DNA of 64,000 nt from Histomonas meleagridis 2922-C6/04-290x. Taxonomy: Eukaryota; Protista; Parabasalia. The stretch lies in assembly GCA_020184695.1 (NCBI GenBank), contig JAANOX010000035.1, positions 1-64,000 on the forward strand, given 5' to 3'. Position numbers and translations under genes: made by a program. Shown in pieces: positions 1-9,780 of this stretch (the stretch's first letter is position 1; each line of letters starts with the position of its first letter). The notes below the pieces were generated by a model. The model had not been told where the DNA came from. It saw nothing but the letters and a program-made list of their open reading frames with translations, and made no database searches.

Positions 1-299
1 GAGCAATCCAGCTAGTGAGACGAGCAAATGAATACCCGATAAAAGAAATAGGCACTGCAAATACCACTTGATGGATTGTTAATCTTTAAGTAAATAAAGC
101 CAAACAATAAGTAAAAGGATTATTGGTACTATGATAATAATGTCAAGTAATCCATATGTGGGGATGAATTCTCTTCTCGTTGGTGCACTCATATAAAAAG
201 TGTTTCTTGATAAATGTATTTGGGTTCTATAGGCTGAAATTCGAGAACGCATGACACGGTAAGAATTGCTACTGCAACAATTATTTCCAATATCAGCAT
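1..299 (-). CDS. 5' part of a multi-pass membrane protein gene, weakly PAP2/DPP1 lipid-phosphatase-like; two frameshifts; runs off the window
   Basis: ATG at 299 gives MLILEIIVAVAILTVSCVLEFQPIEPKYIYQETLF. Adding one base in the A-run at 195-199 and one in the T-run at 85-87 continues it as (Y)MSAPTRREFIPTYGLLDIIIIVPIILLLIVWLYLL(K)RLTIHQVVFAVPISFIGYSFARLTSWIA, open to the edge. Family resemblance is by eye only. Confidence 0.4.
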
Positions 300-432
300 C
301 TTTTGGCGATGGCCGTTAAGATGATTTCTTCAGTTAAACGGTGTCTTCGAAATATAAAGTATTCAATATTTTCTGGCTGAAAGTGACATTTTTCACTAAG
401 CTATCGTTACTTTATTTTCCTAGGAAAAAAAC

Positions 433-444
433 GCCGTTAACGGC
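433..444. promoter_or_regulatory. Perfect palindrome GCCGTTAACGGC (motif-3-like CCGTT on both strands) in a divergent promoter
   Basis: Lies between ATG 299 (-) and ATG 506 (+); resembles the Trichomonas motif 3 element. Confidence 0.4.
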
Positions 445-505
445 ACACAATTAAAAAAATAAATTAAACGTCTTCTCTATCATGCATGAAAAGTGCTAAA
501 TATAA

Positions 506-2464
506 ATGAGGAAAAGCGATTCTGGTGGCTTTTCACCACACCAGATGCTAATAGCCCTTAAAGAAAGTTGCTCAATTTGGTGTAAGTGTCCTGTTAGTCT
601 TTATCAAACAACGGAATCTTTTGAAATCGAAATTCTCTTGCAAGGTGATTCCCTTTTCAATGCTTATTTAGAAATATCATCACCTTCTATGGGCTTATGT
701 ATTTGTAAGCTTTCTAAGCTCATAGATGTTCAATACAATGAGAACCATTATTATTAAATTTTCTTGATTATGAAAATACGTATTTTTCAAGGTAAAAAAC
801 CTATAGAAGCTCTAGAAACGTTAATTTCACAAATTCAAATATGTTCAAAAATATCTCAAAATCCTATTGATGAATTCACATCATCAAATTATGATTTTAT
901 ATCAATGATAGCAATCGATCCTTCAAAAATACCCCCTTCAATCAAACTTCGTGATTTATCCACTGCTGTTTGTGGGAGTACACCAGTTCTTACTGATTCA
1001 GAAGCATGTGCTACATGGGAAAGAAGGTCATATTTTCTTAATGCACCATATTTTACTATTCCTATGCAAATCAGAGTTTGTTGTTTCACATGGAATGTTG
1101 GTAGTAAAAGACCAAATTCAGAAACAGCTGATCAATTTGACTCTATACTTATGGCAGAACCAGAAATCTTATTTGTTGTGTTACAAGAAATATCGATGAA
1201 CTTAAAATCCACTGTTGGAGGAATTGATAGTGTTGTTTCATCCGAATGGGAAAAACAAATCATTGAATCATTGAAAAAGTGCTTCGCTTCCTATCGTTTG
1301 GAGTACCCCAATTCGCTCGGGGGGGTCTTTTCAGCGGTTCTTGTTAAGCAGACGATACCAATTGATGTAACTGTGAGTAATCCTCTTGCTGTTCGTTTAG
1401 GGAATAGAGGAATGACAGCAAACAAGAGTGCTTTACTATATCCTGTGAAAGTTGGACATCATTGTTTAATGACATTTGCGGGTTGCCATCTTTCCGCTCA
1501 TTCTGAAAACGTAGAAGCAAGAAATCATCAACTTGCAAGCTTAATTCGGAGGGCTCCTTCAGATACAGATTATCTTTTTATATGTGGTGATTTAAATTAC
1601 AGACTTGATATGTCATATGAAAGAGCCATGAAATATATCCAAAAGAATGACATCAAATCTCTTCTTGAGTATGACCAATTTTATAAATCTAAAGTCAATG
1701 ATCCTCAAATTAACAAACTCAAAGAATATGAAATCAATTTTCTCCCAACATACAAATTTGATCCTGAGAGTGATGTTTATGACACATCTTCCAAGCATCG
1801 TACTCCATCTTACACTGATCGAGTTTTATTTAAAACCAGTCCCAAACGACTTGCGATTGGATCTGCAACTAATTTCACATTTGAGACTGATATTGTTCAA
1901 CATTTTGCGCCCAACATTCTTCATAATTCAAGCGATTCTTTTTCAGCCGACAGTGACCCACCCACATTTCCAGATGATCCATTAATTGAAGTATACCAAA
2001 GAAATTCCACACGTTTTAGTGATCACCGTCCAGTCCAATGTTTGATGAGGATATGGGTTCCCGATGAAGACCCTGCCAAGCTCGAGAAATTCAAAAACAT
2101 GCGTCTTCGTAAACTTGATGAAATGTCAATTTTGGCAAAACCGTCGCTTATTGCTGACAAAACCGTAATTAACATTCAAAAAGGGAAATTTGCCACCATC
2201 ACATTAAAGAACAATTCGATCTCATGGGCAAGGTATAAAGTTATTTATCCTTGTGATGGGGACATTTTAAAAGTTATGTTAACCCCAAATACCAATGTAA
2301 TTCTTCCTGGTGATACTAAATCGGTCGAAATCCATGGGCTCAAAGTCACCAAAAATCCAGTGTTTGTGGTGCTTGGAGACATTAACTGTACATTGGTGAC
2401 ACTTGAAATTAATGTGATTTCAAAAGCAAAGAATTTGAGTATTTTGTTAGGAATTAAAAGCTAA
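506..2464 (+). CDS. Inositol polyphosphate 5-phosphatase, OCRL/INPP5B-like (PH-like N-terminus, 5-phosphatase, C-terminal Ig/ASH-like domain); in-frame TAA at 755-757
   Basis: 5-phosphatase motifs TWNVG, GDLNYR, PTYKFD, PSYTDRVL, SDHRPV. ORFs 506-757 and 764-2464 share a frame and are separated by one TAA. Confidence 0.85.
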
Positions 2465-2751
2465 AATTTTAAATAAAATATATCCCGATCTTATAAAATA
2501 TATTTAACTTTCTTTTGTGCTCTGCTTAAGTAAATTTATGTTTTTGAGTATTTATATATTTGCTTAATGATTACATGAAATCATATTTTAATTTGAATGA
2601 AAGCAAACTTTTGATTAGAATATAATGTTATGTTATTAAATGTTTGAAGAATATTTTCATCTTGTTTCTAAAATAAAAAATTAAAATAATATTGGAACAA
2701 TAGAAAAAAGTATAAAATTTTTTTATTTTTGTGAAAGTGGAATTATTCCTA

Positions 2752-3549
2752 ATGTTTTGTTTTTTGATTTTATCAGTGCATTCAACAATCATTGTAAAGA
2801 ATGAATCTTGTATTGAAGCTAATGGGATTGTAACAAATGCGGAGAGTAATAAATATGCAGAAAATACAAAAATAATCATATTCAGAGAAGAATTGAAAGA
2901 AATAGGAGAACGAGGTTTCATGAAGTTTATTAGAATCACAGAAGTTAAAATACCTGATAATTGTCAAAAAATTGGAGTTTCGGCATTCGCTTTATGTTCA
3001 AACTTAATTTCTTGCATTCTACCATTAAGTCTTGTAGAAATTTCCGAAAGAACATTTGAGTCATGTAATGAATTACGTTTTATTGATATCAAAAATAATG
3101 TAAAAATAATAGGTGAAAATGCTTTTCTTCTTTGTAATAATTTGAATTATGTTGTACTACCAAATAGCTTAAAAGAAATTAAGAAAAATGCATTCTCCCG
3201 TTGCTTTACACTTGAAAAAATCTATTTTTGTGGAGTGAATCAACCACAAATTGGAGAAAATGCTTTTTCTTCTACTGCCATCAGATCAGTAGGAGTTCTA
3301 GAAAATTATACCAATGCTAATTTTGGTGGATTTAATACTGGTAATTTCAAAAAGACAAAGAATTATTGTGTAAATAAGCCTAATCCAGCTTCTAAGTTTA
3401 ATGAGGAAGAAACTGAAGATGATCCAGATCAGGGAAACTTTTATCTAACCAAAAAATTAACAATTATCATCATTTTGTGTTGTGGATTAGCTGTACTTTC
3501 TGTTGCAGCTGGTATCTTAGTAGTAATTAAGCTAAACAACCCAAAATGA
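2752..3549 (+). CDS. BspA-like (LRR_5/TpLRR) type I surface protein
   Basis: Signal peptide MFCFLILSVHS, repeated IGxxAFxxCxxLxxIxLP units, C-terminal TM helix; first ATG at 2752. Confidence 0.9.
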   Translation: MFCFLILSVHSTIIVKNESCIEANGIVTNAESNKYAENTKIIIFREELKEIGERGFMKFIRITEVKIPDNCQKIGVSAFALCSNLISCILPLSLVEISERTFESCNELRFIDIKNNVKIIGENAFLLCNNLNYVVLPNSLKEIKKNAFSRCFTLEKIYFCGVNQPQIGENAFSSTAIRSVGVLENYTNANFGGFNTGNFKKTKNYCVNKPNPASKFNEEETEDDPDQGNFYLTKKLTIIIILCCGLAVLSVAAGILVVIKLNNPK

Positions 3550-3827
3550 AGGATCAAGCAACTAATTAATGAATTTAGCTTTAATAAAATGAAAAATGTT
3601 ATTGTGAATTTTTAACATATTCATAATTAATTAAAAAATTTATAAAAAAAATAAATTATCAACTAGATTCTTTTTTACTATTAAAAAATATTGATATTTA
3701 CAAGTCATTAAATTCTATGTTTTTTATTGATAAAAAAAAATGTTTTTGAAGTTAATTTCGAATTTTATAACCATAAAATATTTATTACAATGGTTCAGAA
3801 ATTTTCAATTATGATAATTCTATTATT

Positions 3828-4625
3828 ATGATTTGGATATTATTTCAACTAGTTCATTCGACAGTCGTAAAAAAAGGAAAAGGAATCATCATGGCTGATG
3901 GTGTTGTCACCAATACAGAAGCTTTCAAATATGCTGAAACCACAGTAACTATAATGTTCGGAAAAGGATTAAAACAAATTGGAGAAAATGCTTTTGCAAG
4001 TTTTAAAAAAGTAAAAAATATTAGTATTCCACAAACTTGCTTGAAAATTGATGCATATGCATTTGCATCATGCAAGTCATTAGAATATGTTAAACTCCCA
4101 GCAGGCCTTACACAGATTAGTGAAGCAACTTTTGCTTGTTGTTCAAATCTAAATCATCTTTTAATTGCAAAAAATCATTTACAAAAAATTGATAAATATG
4201 CATTTCTTTATTGTTTCAAACTGAATGATGTTGTTCTTCCAAGTGTTTTGGCTGAAATTGGAGAAAGAGCATTTTATTCATGCTTTAGTTTAGAAAATTT
4301 GATTTTTTGTGGAAAAAAAGAACCAAAAATTGGGGCACATGCTTTTGAGTTAACACCTCTAGAAGTAATATCAGTAACATTTCAATATAACACAGCAAAA
4401 TTTGCTGAAATTGAAACAGGCGAATATGATCAAGCTGAAAAAGTTTGCAAAGTACCTCATGATGTCAAGTTAATAATGAGAAGGCGAAAGTATTTTCAAC
4501 CTAAAGATCCGATTTTAATTATTTGCGCCTGTATATTTGTAGCTGCTCTTGCTATTGTGATAATTACTGTATGGCATAATCTAAAGAAAAATGAGGAAAT
4601 AATACAAACAGATTTTTCAAATTGA
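3828..4625 (+). CDS. BspA-like (LRR_5) type I surface protein, tandem paralogue of the upstream gene
   Basis: Signal peptide, TpLRR repeats (IGERAFYSCFSLENL), TM helix ILIICACIFVAALAIVIITVW; N-terminus aligns with the 2752 gene. Confidence 0.9.
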   Translation: MIWILFQLVHSTVVKKGKGIIMADGVVTNTEAFKYAETTVTIMFGKGLKQIGENAFASFKKVKNISIPQTCLKIDAYAFASCKSLEYVKLPAGLTQISEATFACCSNLNHLLIAKNHLQKIDKYAFLYCFKLNDVVLPSVLAEIGERAFYSCFSLENLIFCGKKEPKIGAHAFELTPLEVISVTFQYNTAKFAEIETGEYDQAEKVCKVPHDVKLIMRRRKYFQPKDPILIICACIFVAALAIVIITVWHNLKKNEEIIQTDFSN

Positions 4626-4791
4626 GTAAATTGTATTAAATATATTTCTTTTTGTCATCAAAATATTTCCAATTGTTTGGATCCGTTACAGTAAATAAAA
4701 ATGAAAAAAATTGAACGAATTTATTATTCAATTTTTGTGTAAATTGAATATATAACCGCTAGATAAATTTATCACCAACAAAGGTCCGTTC

Positions 4792-5364
4792 ATGGAAATC
4801 GAAGCAAAATTAATTCTTGTTGGAGACGCTAATGTTGGAAAAACAAGTATTATCAATCGTTATGTTTCAAATGAATTTAAAGAAGCAATAATTCCAACAT
4901 TATCTGCAAATTATTCATTAAAAACAATAAAAACAGAAAATACTACAGTCCGTTTGCAAATATGGGATACCGTTGGTGACGAAAAGTATCGTTCTATTGT
5001 GCCAATGTTTTATCGTGGATCACAAGCAGCTTTCATAGTTTATGCAATCGATGACTTAAAATCTTTTCAGAGTGTAGACAGTTACTTTGAAAGCTTACGC
5101 AGCCATTTAGATCCACAGAACCTTGCTCTATTCTTATTAGCAAATAAAATTGACAAAGAAGAACAACGCCTAATTTCTAGTGATGACGGAGAAGCTTGCG
5201 CCCAAAAAATAAATGCCACCTATTTAGAGGTGAGTGCATTTTCTGGTCAAGGGATTATTGAAGCTTTTACACTTGCTTCAACTCAAATAACAACTACAGG
5301 TGCATACAATCCTCAGCAAGATGAAATTGTGCCTAAAGAAGAAAAAAAAACGTGTAAATGTTAG
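4792..5364 (+). CDS. Rab-family small GTPase with divergent G3 motif (DTVGDE)
   Basis: GDANVGKT, WDTVGDEKYRS, NKID, EVSA; C-terminal CKC prenylation motif. Confidence 0.92.
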   Translation: MEIEAKLILVGDANVGKTSIINRYVSNEFKEAIIPTLSANYSLKTIKTENTTVRLQIWDTVGDEKYRSIVPMFYRGSQAAFIVYAIDDLKSFQSVDSYFESLRSHLDPQNLALFLLANKIDKEEQRLISSDDGEACAQKINATYLEVSAFSGQGIIEAFTLASTQITTTGAYNPQQDEIVPKEEKKTCKC

Positions 5365-5439
5365 TTTCTAGATAAAAAAAAATTTTTTTCTACCGACCGT
5401 TTAAATAAGAAATGTGATATGAAATAAAACTTAAATTAC

Positions 5440-6424
5440 TTACTCTTCATAACCAACAACAATTATACCTTCATTCGGTAATACACTAAATTTTTCTAGG
5501 CCTCTAAAAGTGAAATTAATAGGCGGCATTAAGAAATTACCTTGAGAATACGCTATTAAATCAAGTTCAATAACCTTACTTTCATTTGGTCCAAGGCTTA
5601 TTTGAAAATCTGTTTCTCCAATTAGGCCAATGGTTTGATCCTTCTCTAATTCACCTAATCCAACTAATTCTCGATCCGTCTTATTTTCGATCCTTACTCC
5701 AACTTTGAATGGCTTGAGCGCAGATACCATTTTTGGCAATTCTTCAAATGCTATTGAAACAGGTTTTGGCTTATCTTCTACAATCTTATTAACAGAATAA
5801 CTTTGCTTACACTCTTTGAAGTTTGGTAATGTCCATGAAATTTCTATCCCATTTATTTGTTTGGTTAAGTGGATGAATGTAGACAATGTATTTCCAGGTT
5901 CTAATGAATCTGCAATTGGAACAGACTCTTCTTTTGGTTGTCGGATTGCAACATTTCGGATTTGAAATGGGAGTAAATTTTTGATAAGAACAGATAAGAA
6001 GTTATCTGGTTTGACCTGATGAAGATTGAGAATAATTTCTATTGATGACTTGATTGTAACTTTAACAGTATTTGTAAGTGTGTGCTGCTGATTATCGAAT
6101 TTAAACGACGCTCTAATTAAGATTAACAGTTCCTTGAACAGGGCATTTAAATGAAAAATTGTGAAAAATATATTTCTGTGGGTTAACTGTTTGTGGTATA
6201 AATGGTTCCGATTGGTAAAGGATACGAGTTCCAATTTTAGCAGATACATATAATGTTGCTTCTTGAAATGGTTGGAAACGGTTATTGGTAAGTGTAGCAG
6301 TAAACATCATTGGAACACCAGAATATCCAACCATATTTTTATCTATATCAAATTTTGGAATTGGAGTTTCTAAATGAAGTGGATCATTAAAAATTTCAAG
6401 AGGAATTTTTGATATTTGTGGCAT
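5440..6424 (-). CDS. TRAPPC13: TRAPP complex subunit 13 (Trs65/DUF974)-like; +1 frameshift near 6113-6120
   Basis: The two overlapping ORFs join as ...FKCPVQGTVNL/IRASFKFD.... The C-terminal Ig-like part (ELPKMVSALKPFKVGVRIENKTDREL...LGPNESKVIELDLIAYSQG) matches the TRAPPC13 architecture as recalled. Confidence 0.65.
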
Positions 6425-6613
6425 TACCAGAGATGGTGGATCAATGTTAAATAAATTTATTTTTCCATATTCATTTGGTTTTGACTTTATTTTGCTCTTT
6501 TTTTTTTTTTTTTCGTTAGTTTAAATGTCAAATATAAATACACAATTTTTTTATGCCAAAAATAATTATACAAAAAAAATTTAAATGCAAATTTGGGGTG
6601 CCCTATTTCAAAG

Positions 6614-8404
6614 ATGTCAACACCGCACGAGTTTCTTCTTTCAGGTTCTTTACAATCAACGCCATCAAACTCTTTCTCACAACCATCTATTCTCTATAAC
6701 CCTTTTGGTGATTCTTTAAATTCAGAGATACCAAAACCACCACTTCCAATATCGACTGAATATGATGCAGCATTTGAACACTTTCACAGCGAAGCAAACG
6801 TTGACCGCTCAGATTGGCTTCAACGTGTTTTAAATGAAAGACCAGATATCAAAGAGTATCGAGAAATGGTTTTACCAATAACTCGCGCAGCAAAGTTTGC
6901 AGAGCTCTATCTTCCATTTAATCGTTTAGTTTCGCAAAATCTTCTATTATCGTTAATATCTCATCATCTACGTACACTCGGTCTTATTGAAACACAATCC
7001 GCATTACACTCTGAATGGGACGGCCCGTTTGATATACCTTCTCATATTCAACAATCACAACTAAATCATATAATTCAACGCGGAATCTTTCGTGCAGAAA
7101 AGTTTTGGGAGTTTACTTCTGAAATGAACGAGGCAAACAAAAAGCTTCTTGATCAAGAGATTTCTCGAACAATTGGTGGTATTCAGGCAGTTACTGAAGA
7201 AAGCAAGCCTCTTGAAAACGAGGTTTTAGGTGATCCAAATAATGTTTACTTTGAATCTGGTATTCTCAGGCGAGCCACTATCAACCAACTCATGCTATAT
7301 ATTACTTCTGAAAACCAACCACCCGAATTCCCGGAGACCGTTTCTGCGTTCTGCTTAACGTACAAATCGGTTATCACTTCACAAACGTTATTTATAAAAA
7401 TTTGTGAATGCTATCGTCTAACGGTTAGGGCAAACGATCGCAACGCCTCTCTTCGGACGATATCATTTCTCAAACAATGGATCAAAAAAGCAGATACTGA
7501 AATTGAACCTCCTATTATTGATGCCATTAAAACATTTGCAGAAAAGGAAATCAAGCCATTATTCCCACGTGAGGCAAACGCATTATTTGTTCGAAAAACT
7601 CATAAAAATGACATAGATTATACACAAGCACCACTTGTAATGTTAGGGAAATGTAATATCTTTACTGGCGATTTCTCAATTTATGATATCCCACCAGAAG
7701 AAATTGCACGACAAGTTACATATATATCATCTACACGATACTACTCCATCCAACAAAGTGAACTTTTAAACAATGCATGGGAGAACCCACGTTTACGACA
7801 TCGATCCCCAAATATTGTATTCCTAAGTGATCGATCCAATTTAATCCGAGGTTGGGTTATCAGCTCAATCATAGAGGAGAAGACCACAAACCAAAAGGCC
7901 AAAGTTATACAATACTTTGTCAAAGTTATGATGTTTTTAAATGAGATGCATAATTACTTTGATCTTTTTAATTTCCTTGGCGGGTTTGATAGGCCTGAAA
8001 TCGGTCCATTTATTTCGCTGTTAACTCGAAGTCAAAAGAATTTCATTGCAGATCTCCAAAATAAGATCGGAGATAATCCAAGTATTTCACCAAAAATTAG
8101 AGAAATGCATAAAGAAGCATTAGAAAAGAGTGACAAACCATGCTTGCCTCATCTAACTCTGCTTTTGGGGGACATCTCGAGGTACGACGTCCCTGACAAA
8201 TTTGGCAATTTGATAAACCTCTCAAAATGCAAAAAGTTGTTCAAGTTGACAAAAGAAGTAGAAAAATTCAAGAAAAGGAAGTATTGCTTCTTGCCAATTA
8301 ACCAAATTTTGGAAAAGTTAATTCACCCAAGAATTTTAGATTGTGAAACATTGAAGATTTTGGTAGATGAATCAGGTACAGATTCAACGAACCGAATTCA
8401 ATGA
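6614..8404 (+). CDS. RasGEF (LisH-like motif, REM, CDC25 domain)
   Basis: LLLSLISHHLRTLGLIETQSALHSE (LisH-like); AFCLTYKSVITSQTLF (REM); EEIARQVT, AWENPRLRHRSPNI, PCLPHL (CDC25). First ATG at 6614. Confidence 0.88.
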   Translation: MSTPHEFLLSGSLQSTPSNSFSQPSILYNPFGDSLNSEIPKPPLPISTEYDAAFEHFHSEANVDRSDWLQRVLNERPDIKEYREMVLPITRAAKFAELYLPFNRLVSQNLLLSLISHHLRTLGLIETQSALHSEWDGPFDIPSHIQQSQLNHIIQRGIFRAEKFWEFTSEMNEANKKLLDQEISRTIGGIQAVTEESKPLENEVLGDPNNVYFESGILRRATINQLMLYITSENQPPEFPETVSAFCLTYKSVITSQTLFIKICECYRLTVRANDRNASLRTISFLKQWIKKADTEIEPPIIDAIKTFAEKEIKPLFPREANALFVRKTHKNDIDYTQAPLVMLGKCNIFTGDFSIYDIPPEEIARQVTYISSTRYYSIQQSELLNNAWENPRLRHRSPNIVFLSDRSNLIRGWVISSIIEEKTTNQKAKVIQYFVKVMMFLNEMHNYFDLFNFLGGFDRPEIGPFISLLTRSQKNFIADLQNKIGDNPSISPKIREMHKEALEKSDKPCLPHLTLLLGDISRYDVPDKFGNLINLSKCKKLFKLTKEVEKFKKRKYCFLPINQILEKLIHPRILDCETLKILVDESGTDSTNRIQ

Positions 8405-9135
8405 ACCGAATTTTAGATAAAATTAATGAGTTTTTTTTAGAGTTATGAATAAAAATTTATTTTAACGAAATATTTCTTTGATAAGTTTTTTTTTGTTATG
8501 TTTAATGAATGCAAAATTATCAAGATACTTACTGACATTATGGACTTATATTTTATTATTTCCCTAATTTCTTTTTTAAAATATAAGTTCTTATTTTAAT
8601 TTCATAGTAATTTTTTTTTAGCCAAAGGGCAGCATCATTATTTCTTTCATTTTGCTCACACTTACTTAGAATCGTAAACTGCTTCCTGATGGGCGCTTTT
8701 ACCTCCAGAAACTGGATTATAGTCCTTTTTTTAAATCACTTTTAGCTTTTATTAAAATAAAACAAAAAATTGTTATGGAGCAAAAGTTATAGTGTTAAAA
8801 AACTTGAAATTTTTTGCATATTTGAGAAAAGAAAAACATGAATAAAGTGATTCAAATCGTTTAAAATAGAAATAAATTATTGCAATTCAAAGACATTATT
8901 TCCCTATTTGTGTCGTATATATAAACATTTGATTCATGTTAATTTGGCATATTCTAAAAAGTTGGAATAGATCCTATCAATAAACTATTGAATTAACACA
9001 GAAACCGTTCCAAAATGATTGGTCAGCCTGTTGATAACCAATCGTTTGAACTTTTTGAATTCATTTTTCGGTGAAATTTCGGTTTTTTTGTGGCGACTGA
9101 ATAGGAATAAATTTCTCAAAAAATGGAATAAACAA

Positions 9136-9720
9136 ATGTTAAACCAGATCAAAACTGTAGTCGTTGGTGACTCAAACGTTGGAAAAACATGCATTGCAAT
9201 CAGAGCCGCCCGTGATGAATTTCCAACAGACATTTCAGCTACAGTAGGAGGTGCACAATTTTCACTAGAATTAGAATTAAACTCTGAAACAGTAAAATTT
9301 AATATATGGGACACTGCCGGACAAGAAGAGTTTAGGACTTTGGTACCATTGTATTTCCAAAATGCTGTGTTAGCTATTATCGTTTTTGATATAACCAAAA
9401 AAGAAACATTTCAAAATCTGGATGTTTGGGTTAGATTGCTTAACCAAGGAGCACCAGAAAACGTCTTAAAAGTTTTGGTCGGAAATAAAATCGATTGTAA
9501 TGATCATCGTCAAGTAACTTATGATGCTGCGATGAGATACTCAAAGCAAATTGAAGCGGTTACATATGTTGAAACATCTGCTAAAACAGGTCAAGGAATC
9601 CACGAATTATTTGAGAAGCTTGCTGTTGAAATCGAAAAGCGTCGAGAAGATGAGCTGAATATTCCACAATACGAACAACCAAAGCCTATCCCACAGAAGG
9701 ATCGCAAGTCTTGTTGCTAA
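9136..9720 (+). CDS. Rab-family small GTPase
   Basis: GDSNVGKT, WDTAGQEEFRTL, GNKID, ETSAK, terminal CC; first ATG at 9136. Confidence 0.93.
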   Translation: MLNQIKTVVVGDSNVGKTCIAIRAARDEFPTDISATVGGAQFSLELELNSETVKFNIWDTAGQEEFRTLVPLYFQNAVLAIIVFDITKKETFQNLDVWVRLLNQGAPENVLKVLVGNKIDCNDHRQVTYDAAMRYSKQIEAVTYVETSAKTGQGIHELFEKLAVEIEKRREDELNIPQYEQPKPIPQKDRKSCC

Positions 9721-9780
9721 AAATAAAAATTTTTTGGATCTTCAAACTTTGAACGTTAAGGAGTACGTTTATTAAATAAA

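Noticed and set aside
755-757. Reassignment of TAA/TAG to an amino acid
   Set aside because: ORFs of 868-1387 codons in AT-rich DNA contain no in-frame TAA, and conserved genes (RPL21, MDH) end in TAA; the standard code fits.
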